A stretch of DNA of 64,000 bases from a virus (taxonomy: Duplodnaviria; Caudoviricetes). The translations under genes were made by a program, and so were the position numbers. The stretch spans positions 1 to 64,000 of the IMG/VR virus record IMGVR_UViG_3300028048_000056; one strand, 5' to 3'. Positions within the stretch are counted from its first letter, which is position 1. Every line of letters starts with the position of its first letter. The notes under the pieces were generated by a model that did not search any database, was not told where the DNA came from, and worked only from the letters and a program-made list of their open reading frames with translations. Below are positions 27,811 to 38,731 of this stretch, piece by piece.

Positions 27811-28632
27811 ATGCTGAGAATAAGGACTATATCACCTAGAATGACCTTATACTGCTCACTGACAGTTGATACTGCTTTTATGACAGCTTTGAACTGTGCT
27901 ACAACAGGTGCAGGTAGTGGTCATACTGTCTACACTGGGCAGGACGAACAGAAATTGCTGACGCAATTCAGACAAAAACTTCAAAATGCGACGGTAGATG
28001 ATTTTAACTTCAGGCAATTAACCGACCCGGATGCTTGGAATCAATATGCTAAAGGTTCTTACAGAACTGCGAATGGTGCTTTTTTCACTCTGCTGTACAG
28101 ATATAATCAGCTAGCAGAGCGTGAGGGTAAACCCACGATAACAGAAGACGACATTGTAGAATTTATCAAAGACGCTGCGAATAACCATCTTAAGATTTCT
28201 GTAGAAAAATTATCAGCCAATCCTGCGTACCCGACAGGAAATGATAATGTACCGGTAGTCATTATGAAGGCACCCATTAGTAAGCTTCTGAAGGGCAAGG
28301 ACTTAGGTATTTTAGGTGAGAATACAGCTAAGCGACTAAAAGCAATAGGACCGGAGACTGATATGTATATCAAGGTAGCCTTTCAGCCAACACACAGCAG
28401 AGATGCAGCTGGTAATCTGACAGTTCTGGAGGAAGGAATACAGCCACTGTCATTTCATCGAGATGCAGATTCCAAGAATACTAAACCAAATCCGAGCAAG
28501 CCGCATATAAAGGATAAAGCATGGGATACTGATTACATACCCGAGAATTTGGTAACTCAAGCTCCTAAAGAATATTTCAAGAAAGAAAAAGAGCGTAAAG
28601 CTCAGAAGCAAGCAGATACTGAGGAGACATAA
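27811..28632 (+). CDS. Hypothetical protein
   Basis: AAGGAGG before ATG 27811. Confidence 0.75.
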   Translation: MLRIRTISPRMTLYCSLTVDTAFMTALNCATTGAGSGHTVYTGQDEQKLLTQFRQKLQNATVDDFNFRQLTDPDAWNQYAKGSYRTANGAFFTLLYRYNQLAEREGKPTITEDDIVEFIKDAANNHLKISVEKLSANPAYPTGNDNVPVVIMKAPISKLLKGKDLGILGENTAKRLKAIGPETDMYIKVAFQPTHSRDAAGNLTVLEEGIQPLSFHRDADSKNTKPNPSKPHIKDKAWDTDYIPENLVTQAPKEYFKKEKERKAQKQADTEET

Positions 28633-28707
28633 TCGCAACTTCGTATGCGTATTGTATTCATGTTATAATATAGATACAATAAGAACAATGTGTAGGAGGT
28701 ACTGTAT

Positions 28708-29064
28708 ATGCTGTATGAGGAAGTATTAGGTAGCGTCGAAGAATTCTGCAATCAGGCTTCAGAAGGTAAGATAGAAAGTCGAACTATTAACCTTGATACT
28801 GGTGCCGGAACATTAGTATACGTTCGAAATGGTGATAAAGAATATCAAGGTATAATATCTAAGATGTTCGGCGTGGATAATGCTTACGAAGAATGGAAGT
28901 CTGACTTTGTACTGTTCAGAGCTAACGGTAGCGTATTAGCGATAGGTACTTATACGCTAGGAAGTGCAGCAGAAGAGGAGAACGAGGTAGCAGAATTCAC
29001 GAAGGTTCTTATTACTGAGGTAGACAATCTTAGAACTGACAATCAGATAACCTCAATGATGTAA
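28708..29064 (+). CDS. Hypothetical protein
   Basis: Promoter 28637 plus RBS. Confidence 0.75.
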   Translation: MLYEEVLGSVEEFCNQASEGKIESRTINLDTGAGTLVYVRNGDKEYQGIISKMFGVDNAYEEWKSDFVLFRANGSVLAIGTYTLGSAAEEENEVAEFTKVLITEVDNLRTDNQITSMM

Positions 29065-29075
29065 GAGGTAGATTT

Positions 29076-29423
29076 ATGCTGGTATACGAGAGCTCAACTA
29101 GAGACCAGATATATGCTTACCTGGAAACCTTTATCAATATTCTAGGTGGTTCTAACGTCGATGACAAGCTGACAGAATGGGTTAACTCTGACGACAATCT
29201 GAGTCAGGACCCGACAGCTGATGTACCTAATTTCCGTATACTCACAGATGTAGGTACAGTTGATGTCTATTATAGACAGGACGGGGAAGACGAGGAGTAC
29301 TACCTTGACTTTGAGGTTGACGGCGAGTACTACTCTGGATTCGGATGCCCGTTAGACTGTTTCTCAGCATGCCTTACAGCAGCAGAGCAGGTAGCTAATA
29401 TGATTGACAACACGATTGGTTGA
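29076..29423 (+). CDS. Acidic hypothetical protein
   Basis: RBS, 115 aa. Confidence 0.7.
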   Translation: MLVYESSTRDQIYAYLETFINILGGSNVDDKLTEWVNSDDNLSQDPTADVPNFRILTDVGTVDVYYRQDGEDEEYYLDFEVDGEYYSGFGCPLDCFSACLTAAEQVANMIDNTIG

Positions 29424-29510
29424 GTTCTATTTCATAGCAGACTACTTAATTCCGAATAGACAGTTTTATTGTAGGTGGAGTTAGCTCCACTGAGTTAAAG
29501 GAGAACGGAT

Positions 29511-29690
29511 ATGGGAAATGACTGCCCTTGTAAAGGATGTATCGCACCTAAGCGACACGTCGGTTGTCACGGTACTTGCAAGGGGTACGCAGACTGGAAG
29601 ACAGCTGACGCAGAGAAGAAAGCTGCTGAGCGAAAACGCAAGGAAGACGAAGCAGCTATGTACGAAAGCTATAAGCACAGACGTAGGTAA
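29511..29690 (+). CDS. Small Cys/His Zn-binding protein (59 aa, absent from ORF track)
   Basis: AAGGAG RBS; MGNDCPCKGCIAPKRHVGCHGTCKGYADWK... Confidence 0.7.
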   Translation: MGNDCPCKGCIAPKRHVGCHGTCKGYADWKTADAEKKAAERKRKEDEAAMYESYKHRRR

Positions 29691-29701
29691 GGAGGCGAAC
29701 A

Positions 29702-29854
29702 GTGCAGCAATTACAGGTTAGCAGGGACGACTTGGTTAGAGCCATTCGTCAGAAGATTGACGGTTTAATTCAGAACGCGGTATACACCGACACACTCTGG
29801 AAATTGTTGCAGCTGGAATACATATTAAGCAATCTTTACATCAAGGAGGAGTAA
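29702..29854 (+). CDS. Small hypothetical protein (50 aa, absent from ORF track)
   Basis: AAGGAGG before GTG; MQQLQVSRDDLVRAIRQKI... Confidence 0.6.
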   Translation: MQQLQVSRDDLVRAIRQKIDGLIQNAVYTDTLWKLLQLEYILSNLYIKEE

Positions 29855-29857
29855 TCT

Positions 29858-30067
29858 ATGCGTAGGTCTAGAAAACGCGAATACGAAAGAGCGATGCTCT
29901 GGGGTATGGACTATGACAATACCACAGCATTCGTGAAGAAGACGACACATCGAGCTGTTCGAAAGAAATTAAATAATCAAACTAAAATCACAGAGCAGAT
30001 TGCGGATAGGATGTTGCATAGCTCCGATATTGATACAAACTATTCAAGATACAAGAAAGGATTATAA
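29858..30067 (+). CDS. Small basic protein
   Basis: AAGGAGG RBS. Confidence 0.65.
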   Translation: MRRSRKREYERAMLWGMDYDNTTAFVKKTTHRAVRKKLNNQTKITEQIADRMLHSSDIDTNYSRYKKGL

Positions 30068-30070
30068 GCC

Positions 30071-30292
30071 ATGGGCAAGAAGTTCAAGCAGATACTCGAA
30101 GGCAAGCACAGACATCATACTAGAAGTCAGATGGGTGAGTCAACTGCGTATGTCGTCATTCACGACATTTGCACAGACAAACTTCTAACTCCGAATGAGA
30201 AGGTACAGTTGATAGATGGGTTTTGTCAGAATACATTAACCGTTGAAGACTTGTCAAAACATTTTAAGAACGAGTCGATGTCAAGTTGCTAA
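30071..30292 (+). CDS. Hypothetical protein
   Basis: RBS; last gene before terminator. Confidence 0.6.
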   Translation: MGKKFKQILEGKHRHHTRSQMGESTAYVVIHDICTDKLLTPNEKVQLIDGFCQNTLTVEDLSKHFKNESMSSC

Positions 30293-30332
30293 TTTAACAT
30301 AAAATCACAATCGAATACCGTAGTAAACCTAT

Positions 30333-30364
30333 GAACCCCGCCATTATGGTGGGGTTCTTATTTT
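30333..30364 (+). terminator. Intrinsic terminator
   Basis: GAACCCCGCCA/TGGTGGGGTTC plus TTATTTT. Confidence 0.85.
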
Positions 30365-31747
30365 GTAAAATGCAGACATGAATGTATATGTATTGCGACG
30401 TAGAAAAGATTCTATTGCGAACTCGAATTTCGGTAGATGTAGGTGACAAACCCGAATATCAACGGTACACCAGTATCAAGGTTAATACTGACGTTACGCA
30501 TACCAAGAGTTCACTATGGATACCCGTCTGTATCCACCAATATTCAGGTATAAAAAGACGACACTTGTCGTTGCCGACAGATGTCGTAATCAAAAGCATA
30601 GATAATCTGTGAAACGTCGTTCAAGCACACCATACTGTCGGTGGTATGTCACCCGATTTGTTTAGAATAAACAGAAGGTAATTCAGGCGTTCAAAACCGG
30701 TCCGCTTTAACCAGAGTTGCGGTAGGGATTCGAACGCCCGTTGACCATAGGTATCGATATTTTGCTTTTGTCCTAAATGCGAGTAACGACATACCACCAC
30801 TCCGAAACGGTGATTTTTGTTGACTTTCCACAAATTCATCGCTCCGATTCCGGTGGGTACGAATGGGTAGCTGGAGCGGAGAACACCGGTACCAGACACC
30901 GTCGAACTCGCACCCCAGCGATAGGAGCCGGTACTGGTAGCAAGGAGCACACGATTCCGGAGAAGAGGCACAGGAATTCGACTACCTATCATATTCTTGC
31001 TTAAAAGTTCGCCAAATCGTCTACCTGCTTCGAGTTCTGCTAGCCATCGTTTCGACACTTCGAATCCCTCCTTTCGAATTTCGAATTCCGGTCTACCGAC
31101 ACCACCGCGTTGAAACTGCTAATACCGAAGTTACCATTTCCATCTTCTGTTCCAAACCAATCGCTCTGAACAAAGAATACCGAAGTTCCCAGATGCTTGG
31201 TAGATAGAACTTCTTGTTCCCATTCTGAGTAACTAAATCAACTCTGAATGGAACTCACGAAGTTTATTTTTACTACACCTATATTATAACATATTTACAC
31301 AAATGCACGAAGTTTCGTTTTCTCATTTTCCGAAGTACCCACCTAATCTTCTTAACCCAATCACTCCAAGCAAGAAACCGAGCTCGAAGCACAGAATACC
31401 AATCCGAAACCAATCTCACCCAAATCTAATCCAGCAGAAGAACTCGAAGCTCTCGCTTGCTGACCAGGGGCGGGTACCTTCGAGTCCCCACCTGGTTCTG
31501 TGTTATTCGCGTGCGCGCACGTTCATTATAATATGCGTACCCATCCTGGGTGCTTCATAACTTCGTAACACACACCCAGCAATGTTATAATATAGATACA
31601 ATAAAACACAACACGGAACGGCAAAAGACACACTGGGTGCAGAAAACGCACAACTTCTTTTTGCGTGGGCGTGTGTGTTATAATGTAGATACAATAAAAA
31701 CAAGTCCCACTGGGACGCGACCAAAGAGTACTTAGGAGGTACAGATT

Positions 31748-32452
31748 ATGGCTAAGAAGTATAATGTTACATTCGCAAACGGCACAGAGCAGACAGTAAA
31801 CAGCAAGAAGGCAGTCAAGGCCCTCGAAGGTATCATCAAGGTTACTGTAGGCGGTCAGGACATCACCAACGAATTTGTCAAGGAGGACGAGGTTATGGCT
31901 AACAACGAGTACGTAGAGGCAATCGAAGCTATCAAAGCAGTCGAGGAAGCTCAGGCAGAGGTAGACGCAATCGAAGCTCCCGCAGGTCCTAAGGCAACAC
32001 TCCTCTTCACAGCATCTCGCGGTAACGCAAGACGCCTCGCTTGGAGACAGATAATCGTTAACCCCGAGGACGAAGTTGTCAAGGTCAAGGGTTGTGCAGC
32101 AATGCTCCCAATCCAGGTTGCCGAAGCAATCGGTAGCACCAAGTTCGTATCCTGGTTCGACCAGGAGCAGGCAGAGAAGTGCGTTGCCGAAGGTAAGCAG
32201 GTACGCGGCATGGCAAGCACATTCTCAGACGTGTTTGCTCGCTACACCAAGGTAAACGAGATTAAGGGTGCTGACAAGCTCGAAACAGTACTCGCAATCT
32301 TCAAGGGCATTCTCAACGATATCGAAGCAGGAATCACAGAAGGCGAGTGGGCAAGACCTGAGCCCGAGGTTCCCGAGGTTCCCGAGGAAGTCGAAGCTCC
32401 TGAGACAGCAGACGTAATCAGCACAGAGCTCGCAGATATCGAAGTGGCATAA
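31748..32452 (+). CDS. Early acidic protein, paralog family copy 1
   Basis: Tandem promoters; shares LLFTASRG..KFVS..VRG.AST.SDVF.RY with 37306 and 41347. Confidence 0.85.
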   Translation: MAKKYNVTFANGTEQTVNSKKAVKALEGIIKVTVGGQDITNEFVKEDEVMANNEYVEAIEAIKAVEEAQAEVDAIEAPAGPKATLLFTASRGNARRLAWRQIIVNPEDEVVKVKGCAAMLPIQVAEAIGSTKFVSWFDQEQAEKCVAEGKQVRGMASTFSDVFARYTKVNEIKGADKLETVLAIFKGILNDIEAGITEGEWARPEPEVPEVPEEVEAPETADVISTELADIEVA

Positions 32453-32487
32453 TGCCACTCCGGTAGCTCGGATAAATCAAATATCGA

Positions 32488-32520
32488 AGCAGGGCGGGCC
32501 CAATAGGGTCCGCTTTTGCT
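32488..32520 (+). terminator. Intrinsic terminator
   Basis: GCGGGCCC-AATA-GGGTCCGC plus TTTT. Confidence 0.75.
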
Positions 32521-32902
32521 AGCGGTTATCGCACTTTCGAGTTCCACCGCAGTTCTATGTTATATAACACATCTAGCAGAAGAACTCGAAGCTCCTAGAG
32601 ACCTTCAGACCAATCACCTTCGGTGATAGAACTCGAAGCTCAAGAGCTCTGATACCACCGCACGGCTGGTGATATCACACCACGCATGCTGTGGTATAAA
32701 CCACGGTTGTGCACCACATACACGTTATAAGGTAACCACGGTACCTACAGCAAAACACCAGCTTGCTGTGGCATGCGTACAGAACCCGGTCCTGTGGTAT
32801 ACCGCGCACACCGTGCTGCTGAAACTTCGTACTGCCACCTAGCGTATGTTATAATGTAGATACAGTAAACGTAAACCGGGTAACTACTTAGGAGGTAGAA
32901 TT

Positions 32903-33265
32903 ATGGATAGACAGAGACTTATGGAATACACAGATGCTAAGCGCGCAGTACCAGCATTCAACTGCGAGACCGAGCGCCAGAAGGAAGTGTTCACGAATTT
33001 CTACTATGCCGCTTGCTCACTTATCGGCGGTAACGAGAACACCTTGTACGACTACGACGAGGACGACGAAGAGTACATCAACGCAAAGCAGGTTCTCGAA
33101 GACCACGCTGGTCTGGTAGACGATGTGTTCGCTTGGGGCACTTCTGGATTCTACGGATGCGGGCTCGAAGGTCCGATGCAGCCTTACCAGAAACACTACA
33201 ACCTCGTCGGCAACGACTTCATGCGTAGATGTGCCGAAGCTATCGTAACCGCAATGGGGCACTGA
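32903..33265 (+). CDS. Early hypothetical protein
   Basis: Promoter 32823 plus RBS. Confidence 0.8.
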   Translation: MDRQRLMEYTDAKRAVPAFNCETERQKEVFTNFYYAACSLIGGNENTLYDYDEDDEEYINAKQVLEDHAGLVDDVFAWGTSGFYGCGLEGPMQPYQKHYNLVGNDFMRRCAEAIVTAMGH

Positions 33266-33354
33266 GCCCCTTGCGATGAACTTCGCAACCCCAACCCCAA
33301 TGTGTTATAATATAGGTACAATAAAAACAACCCGTGTGCTTAAGGAGGTACAAT

Positions 33355-33861
33355 ATGGATAATAAGAACAAGCAGTACAATACCGCCGCTCAGGTCCTCG
33401 AGCGTGTCGAAGAGAGAATAGCCTGGTTTGAGGACAACCCTTACAGCAGACTCCGTATCTCGGACTGCTACAACGAGTTCAGCATCTTTGACTGGTGGCC
33501 TGAGTACCTGAGCAAGTCGAAGCTCCAGGAGATGCGTCAGTTCCTCAAGGAGGCTATCAAGCTCGGCTACACCGGATATGTATGCTTCAAGGTTGGAGCT
33601 ACCGGCTGTGCTAACGGTATGTGGGCACACACCGAACTCGAAACTGACGAGGGATACAGCCCGGACAACTGCCCGATTCTGTTCCGAAGCTTCACACCAG
33701 CTTACCGTTACTGGGATGTCACCGACAAGGACGGTAACTGGGATTTCGAAGGTAAGTACAAGGACGAAGAAGACCGCCGTCAGAACTGGGACAGACTCAA
33801 AACCATCAAGAACCTCGAGGCGTTCATCGAAGCTCATAAGGATAAGGTGTACCGCAAATAA
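33355..33861 (+). CDS. Early hypothetical protein
   Basis: Promoter 33279 plus RBS. Confidence 0.8.
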   Translation: MDNKNKQYNTAAQVLERVEERIAWFEDNPYSRLRISDCYNEFSIFDWWPEYLSKSKLQEMRQFLKEAIKLGYTGYVCFKVGATGCANGMWAHTELETDEGYSPDNCPILFRSFTPAYRYWDVTDKDGNWDFEGKYKDEEDRRQNWDRLKTIKNLEAFIEAHKDKVYRK

Positions 33862-33900
33862 GCGGTACACCCTGAACTACAACCTATAGGAGATAATTGT

Positions 33901-34341
33901 ATGATAAAAATTCCGAAAGCATCAGCCGACACGAAAGAGGTTCAGATTCTGTATAAAAGGTGGTCTGTCGACAATAAAGAGCAGTATGCGACGATACCGA
34001 AGTTCTGGGATGTCGTGGAGAAGTACGTCGACTGTAGGTATCTGAAAGGATACGGTACAGACTGGTCGAGCGACGACGGAGGTGACTTCTTATACGGCAT
34101 AATCTTCGCGGACGGCAAATTAACCAAAGAAGTCATCGACGCCGTTCGGAAGGAAATCCCGGATATAAAGGTGGATTACTCGTTCCCTATACCAACGAAG
34201 TACTCAGAAACCTTCGAGGGTAACTCAGCCGGTCTCGACACTCTGTACGAGGAGATATGGAGTTCTCGTCCGTTAGCACACGAACTAGAAGAATTCTCAT
34301 CGAACGGGGATTGCAAGATTCACGTTATCTATAAAAGATAA
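33901..34341 (+). CDS. GyrI-like effector-binding domain protein (tentative)
   Basis: IPKFWD..F.YGI..LYEEIW..ELEEF..C.IHV pattern. Confidence 0.5.
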   Translation: MIKIPKASADTKEVQILYKRWSVDNKEQYATIPKFWDVVEKYVDCRYLKGYGTDWSSDDGGDFLYGIIFADGKLTKEVIDAVRKEIPDIKVDYSFPIPTKYSETFEGNSAGLDTLYEEIWSSRPLAHELEEFSSNGDCKIHVIYKR

Positions 34342-34441
34342 GGGTACACACCTCACGCACAACTTCGTATATACCACCTGCATATGTTATAATATAGATA
34401 CAGTAAAACAAACAACGCCCAACTGCTTAGGAGGTAGTATT

Positions 34442-34726
34442 ATGGCAAAGATTACAAAGACACAGGCTGCAACCAAAATCGAGCGTTACCTGGAACTCCA
34501 GGCACTCATCAAGGAGGCATCGAAGGAGGCAGACGCTCTCAAGGCAGAGCTCAAGAAGCTTGCCGAAGCTAACGAGTCCCGTACCTACATCGTGGACGAC
34601 CACGCAGTAACCGTTACAACCGCAACTCGTAACACCGTAGACGCGAAGGCACTCGCAGCTGCACACCCGAAGATTGCGGAGAAGTTCACCAAGAAGTCTA
34701 CATACGACACAGTCCGCATCAAATGA
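34442..34726 (+). CDS. Early hypothetical coiled-coil protein
   Basis: Promoter 34361 plus RBS. Confidence 0.8.
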   Translation: MAKITKTQAATKIERYLELQALIKEASKEADALKAELKKLAEANESRTYIVDDHAVTVTTATRNTVDAKALAAAHPKIAEKFTKKSTYDTVRIK

Positions 34727-34766
34727 TGCGGACTCATTCCAAATCGAACTTCAAGGAGGTCTAACT

Positions 34767-35060
34767 ATGCGTTATAAGGTATTCTACGGAGCAGATCCTA
34801 CCGATTATGCGGTGTGCTACGGTGCTACCGAAAAAGAAGCTCAGCATCAATTTAGTCAGTACAACCCACGTAAGGCAATCATGCGCGTCGAAGAATTCCC
34901 AGATGCTACGGAACCTGATACAAACTTGCTCGACCTGATTGGTGAGGCAGACCCGGAAGAAGCAATCCGATATCTCATCGATGCTATCGAAGACGCTGGT
35001 GTAACACACCGTGTTGCCGGTTATCTCTACCGGTACGGGTTCGGCAGAGAGGACGGATAA
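34767..35060 (+). CDS. Early hypothetical protein
   Basis: AAGGAGGT RBS. Confidence 0.7.
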   Translation: MRYKVFYGADPTDYAVCYGATEKEAQHQFSQYNPRKAIMRVEEFPDATEPDTNLLDLIGEADPEEAIRYLIDAIEDAGVTHRVAGYLYRYGFGREDG

Positions 35061-35262
35061 TCACGACACCGCATGCTGCAGTTGCTTGGATGTTGCGTGT
35101 AAAAGTTATAAAGCAACTGCAGCAAAAACGCTGCATTTGGTACGTGATTTCGGTACTCTGCGTATGAACTCGAAGACAGAAACTTCGTTTCTACGCCCTG
35201 GATTGTGTTATACTATAGATACAGTAAACACAACACCAGTTCATATATAGGAGGTACAGCAC

Positions 35263-35961
35263 ATGGCTGAGTTCTGGACTATTACCCAGAAGGGTTTTAA
35301 TTTCATCCGTCACAACGCCGATAAGCTCGTCGAGGACGAGGAATGGAGTATCGAACGTGTTGCTGCATTCATGGCAGTACACCACACACTCAACGTCATG
35401 GCAACCAGGTACGCCAAGGGGCTCACGCTAAGGCCGAAGATTGCGTGTATCCAGTACACATTAAAATGCGACCCTCAGACTTCAGCTGACCTGGACAAGC
35501 TCACCAAAGTGCTGGTACCGAAGCTCTGTGCTTATTACAACTCACCCGACACTCAGGGCTACCTGGGCAGACCACTCAATCTTGTGCTCGACGATGTTGT
35601 CAAGCTCGCACAGGATTATATTGCCAAGGAAGAAGCTCCATTCGAAGTATTCGGAAAAACAGTCACACCTCCTCCCTTCTACTCCAGACCATCGAAGCAA
35701 GAGTACGACGCTATTCAGGAGCGTGAACAGAACCAGGAGAAAGCCTACTGGGACAAGTTCAAGCAGGCACTCGAAACTGGTACCGCAATGCATCACAAGA
35801 TTTTGATTCGTGAGGGTGCCAATACCTACACCGGTATCATCGTCGGGGTAACTGCTCGCTGTGTCTACGTCGACCTTAAGGACGAGTATGGCAGACTTCT
35901 GCAAAGCAATGCACGACTGCCCCGTAATTCACCGAGGTTCATTATCGAATCCTTCAGATAA
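35263..35961 (+). CDS. Early hypothetical protein
   Basis: Promoter 35181 plus RBS. Confidence 0.8.
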   Translation: MAEFWTITQKGFNFIRHNADKLVEDEEWSIERVAAFMAVHHTLNVMATRYAKGLTLRPKIACIQYTLKCDPQTSADLDKLTKVLVPKLCAYYNSPDTQGYLGRPLNLVLDDVVKLAQDYIAKEEAPFEVFGKTVTPPPFYSRPSKQEYDAIQEREQNQEKAYWDKFKQALETGTAMHHKILIREGANTYTGIIVGVTARCVYVDLKDEYGRLLQSNARLPRNSPRFIIESFR

Positions 35962-35991
35962 TTTCTTATCTCCTAAGCTCACATATACCGA

Positions 35992-36017
35992 AGCAGGCGC
36001 CTACGGGCGTCTGTTTT
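35992..36017 (+). terminator. Intrinsic terminator
   Basis: GCAGGCGCC-TACG-GGCGTCTGT plus TTT. Confidence 0.75.
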
Positions 36018-36105
36018 GGCGGTTAGAGAATTAAAAATTATATACAAGTGTTCACTACTGTGCGTAGGCATTTTCGTGTATTCATACGAAATTGTAGAAA
36101 AAGTC

Positions 36106-36134
36106 TTGACTTCTGAGCGCCTATACATTATAAT
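36106..36134 (+). promoter_or_regulatory. Canonical SigA-type promoter
   Basis: TTGACT-N17-TATAAT. Confidence 0.75.
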
Positions 36135-36140
36135 GATTAT

Positions 36141-36262
36141 AGTAGCAACAACTACTAACCCCCAACCTTGACGACTGTTCCACATCGAATAGAAAATGCG
36201 TAAAGCTCACACGGGTAGCGAAACCCATCGAAGTACAGACCCTCACTTCGGTGGGTTTTGTT
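36141..36262 (+). ncRNA. Candidate small RNA
   Basis: Between canonical promoter and CAC-TTCG-GTG terminator; no RBS or ORF. Confidence 0.5.
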
Positions 36263-36844
36263 GTGGTTTTCCGGTGAATTTGTGTAAATCGTACAAAGCA
36301 TTCCTACTCGAAGCTCCCGCTTTCGTATAGGATTTTTAATTCGCAAGAAATGTTTACCTCACAATATAATATATGTTCGCCGGCTTCGCTTCGACTACGC
36401 CTACCGATACACATTCTGTCTATCGTACCTTTCACTTCGTTTTCGGGGTCGAACATATATCCTCTCCAGGCACCAGGCCATCAGGCTATTCGCCTATGTC
36501 TTCGAGTCCTTCACTTCGTTGCGGTGCTGTCCTGGTGCCCTCTGTCTTCGACAACCCCCACCTTTACCGCCTGTTCCACAACTGTCTGCGACGCATTGCC
36601 CTGCGGGCGGCTTTATAGTTATATACGATTCTTATACCGCATACACCGCCATGCCGCAAGCATACCACACGCACGCTACACGCAAAGCGAGGTACTACAC
36701 CTCAGGCGTATAACTATACATCTGCACAACCACATCGCACACACCAGCATGCGTGGTGTTTAAGAAATTCGGAACCACGCCTTGGATATGTTATAATATA
36801 GATACAGTAAACACAACAACAGAAACACAAAGGAGGTGTAGTGT

Positions 36845-37204
36845 ATGACCGATAAGGAACAGGCTTTAGCAGACCTGACTATTAAACTCTATAAAGAAAA
36901 CGACCTGGAATACGCAGAACGTACTATAGCACACGATGCTAATTGGCGTGACCTTATATGCCGCGTAACCATTAGGTCTGAGATACATTTCTGGCACATC
37001 AACGCCGAAAATATTAAGGAGGACTATGGGATAGACATACATAGCTTCTCGAAGGCGTCCTTAGCACGTGTAGCTGGTGTAACTACTGTCATTATTAACA
37101 ATATGGTAGACACGCTGGTTCAGAAATACAGACCTGGCAAGAAGGCGAAGAGAATGCCAATCTGGGAGGAACCTGCAGAGCCAATACCTGACAAGGGTAG
37201 GTAA
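36845..37204 (+). CDS. Early hypothetical protein
   Basis: Promoter 36765 plus RBS. Confidence 0.8.
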   Translation: MTDKEQALADLTIKLYKENDLEYAERTIAHDANWRDLICRVTIRSEIHFWHINAENIKEDYGIDIHSFSKASLARVAGVTTVIINNMVDTLVQKYRPGKKAKRMPIWEEPAEPIPDKGR

Positions 37205-37305
37205 TTAACTTCGGATGTAACACCCGAGTGTGTTATAATATAGGTACAGTAAAACAAACAACGCCCAACAGGGCAACGATTAAGAGTACTTAGGAGGTAC
37301 ATATT

Positions 37306-37869
37306 ATGGCTAAGAAGAATGTTAAGAACACAGAGGCAACCGTAGAAGTTATCAAGGAGGATGTTACCATGGCAGAGAACACAAAGGCTATCGAGAACGC
37401 AGAAGCAACCGCAATCGAAGAGGCAGGCCCCAAGACCATGCTCCTGTTCACAGCATCACGTGGCAAGAACACAAGGTTCGCTTGGAACGAAGTTGTTGTC
37501 AACCCCGACGATGCTACACAGAAGGTTAAGGGCTGCGCAATCGAGCTTCCTACTAAGGTCGCAGAGCTCATCGGAAACGACAAGTTTGTTTCCTACATCG
37601 ACAAGGACATAATCGCACGCTGTGTCGAAGAGCAGAAGGCAGTACGTGGTACAGCAAGCACAGTATCAGACGTATTCACACGTTACTGCAAGGTAACAGA
37701 TACCAAGGGTGACCGCATAGCAGTAGCGCTCGCAGTATTCGGCGAAGTCCTCGCAGCAATCGAAGCAGGTAACACCAACGGTGAGTGGGTACGCCCTGAG
37801 CCTGAGAAGGCAGAAGAGCCTGAGGCTCTTGAGATAGAGGAAATCGAAGCTCCCGTAGAGGAGGGCTAA
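37306..37869 (+). CDS. Early acidic protein, paralog family copy 2
   Basis: Promoter 37207; clear similarity to 31748. Confidence 0.85.
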   Translation: MAKKNVKNTEATVEVIKEDVTMAENTKAIENAEATAIEEAGPKTMLLFTASRGKNTRFAWNEVVVNPDDATQKVKGCAIELPTKVAELIGNDKFVSYIDKDIIARCVEEQKAVRGTASTVSDVFTRYCKVTDTKGDRIAVALAVFGEVLAAIEAGNTNGEWVRPEPEKAEEPEALEIEEIEAPVEEG

Positions 37870-37976
37870 CAACCAGCAAGGGTAGGGGCCGCAAGGTCCC
37901 GCCCCACATGAAAATTCGTAATTCCGCTCAGCATCCTGTATAATATAGGTACAATAAAACACAAGGAGGATACAGT

Positions 37977-38162
37977 ATGTAGAAGCAGGATTTAGAGGCA
38001 TTACTCAAGGCGTGGCCTGAGAACATACTCATCAAGAAGCTCGAAGCTGTCTACGGAGGAATCGCAATCACAGACACTTCTGAGAACCACTGGTTTTACG
38101 ACCACAACGAAGGAACCCTGAACAAGAAGGGTCCTTGGAAGAAAGGAGCACAGCATGCTTAA
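37977..38162 (+). pseudogene. ORF with TAG at codon 2
   Basis: Promoter and AAGGAGG, then ATG-TAG followed by 59 open codons. Confidence 0.6.
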
Positions 38163-38364
38163 GGAAGCTAAGAAAGACGAAGCATACGAAGAGGTCTACA
38201 AGAAGATGCGAGAGTACGCTGACAACAGAGACTACGATTTGTTTGACTCGGAAATCTGGACTATAATCGAAGAGGCCGAGGAGGAAGGAGACAGCGTACT
38301 GGACTGTGCCGACGGGGCGCTCAGAGAGCTCGTCGAAGACTGGGTTGCTGACCACCAGGAATAA
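38155..38364 (+). CDS. Small acidic protein
   Basis: GAAAGGAG RBS; terminator follows. Confidence 0.75.
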   Translation: MLKEAKKDEAYEEVYKKMREYADNRDYDLFDSEIWTIIEEAEEEGDSVLDCADGALRELVEDWVADHQE

Positions 38365-38731
38365 GCAAAGCAAGGGCTCGAAAGAGCCTTTGTTCTTTCA
38401 ACTATCACAATTCGAGTCCCGCCAGCATCTGTGATTGAGAAATAGAAGACGCTCAGCAGAAGAACTCGAAGCTCCTAGGAGCTACCAGTGCCACCGCTAC
38501 TGCGAAAGCACCACCTCGCAAACCGTGGTATACCACGTGGTTATGCACGGTGTACACTTATACTACCATATAAAAGAACCCACAGCATGCGTTAGCGTGC
38601 TGTGTATTTTTTATGGTGTTCACCGCACCGGTGCAACCACGGTCACGGTTTTAACGGTGTGCGACAACTTCGGAATGCTACGCTGAAAGTGTTATAATGT
38701 AGGTACAATAAAGCACAAGGAGGTCATGGGT

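Noticed and set aside
30382-31560. ORFs in the left junction (30382, 30621, 30777, 31303)
   Set aside because: No RBS, atypical composition
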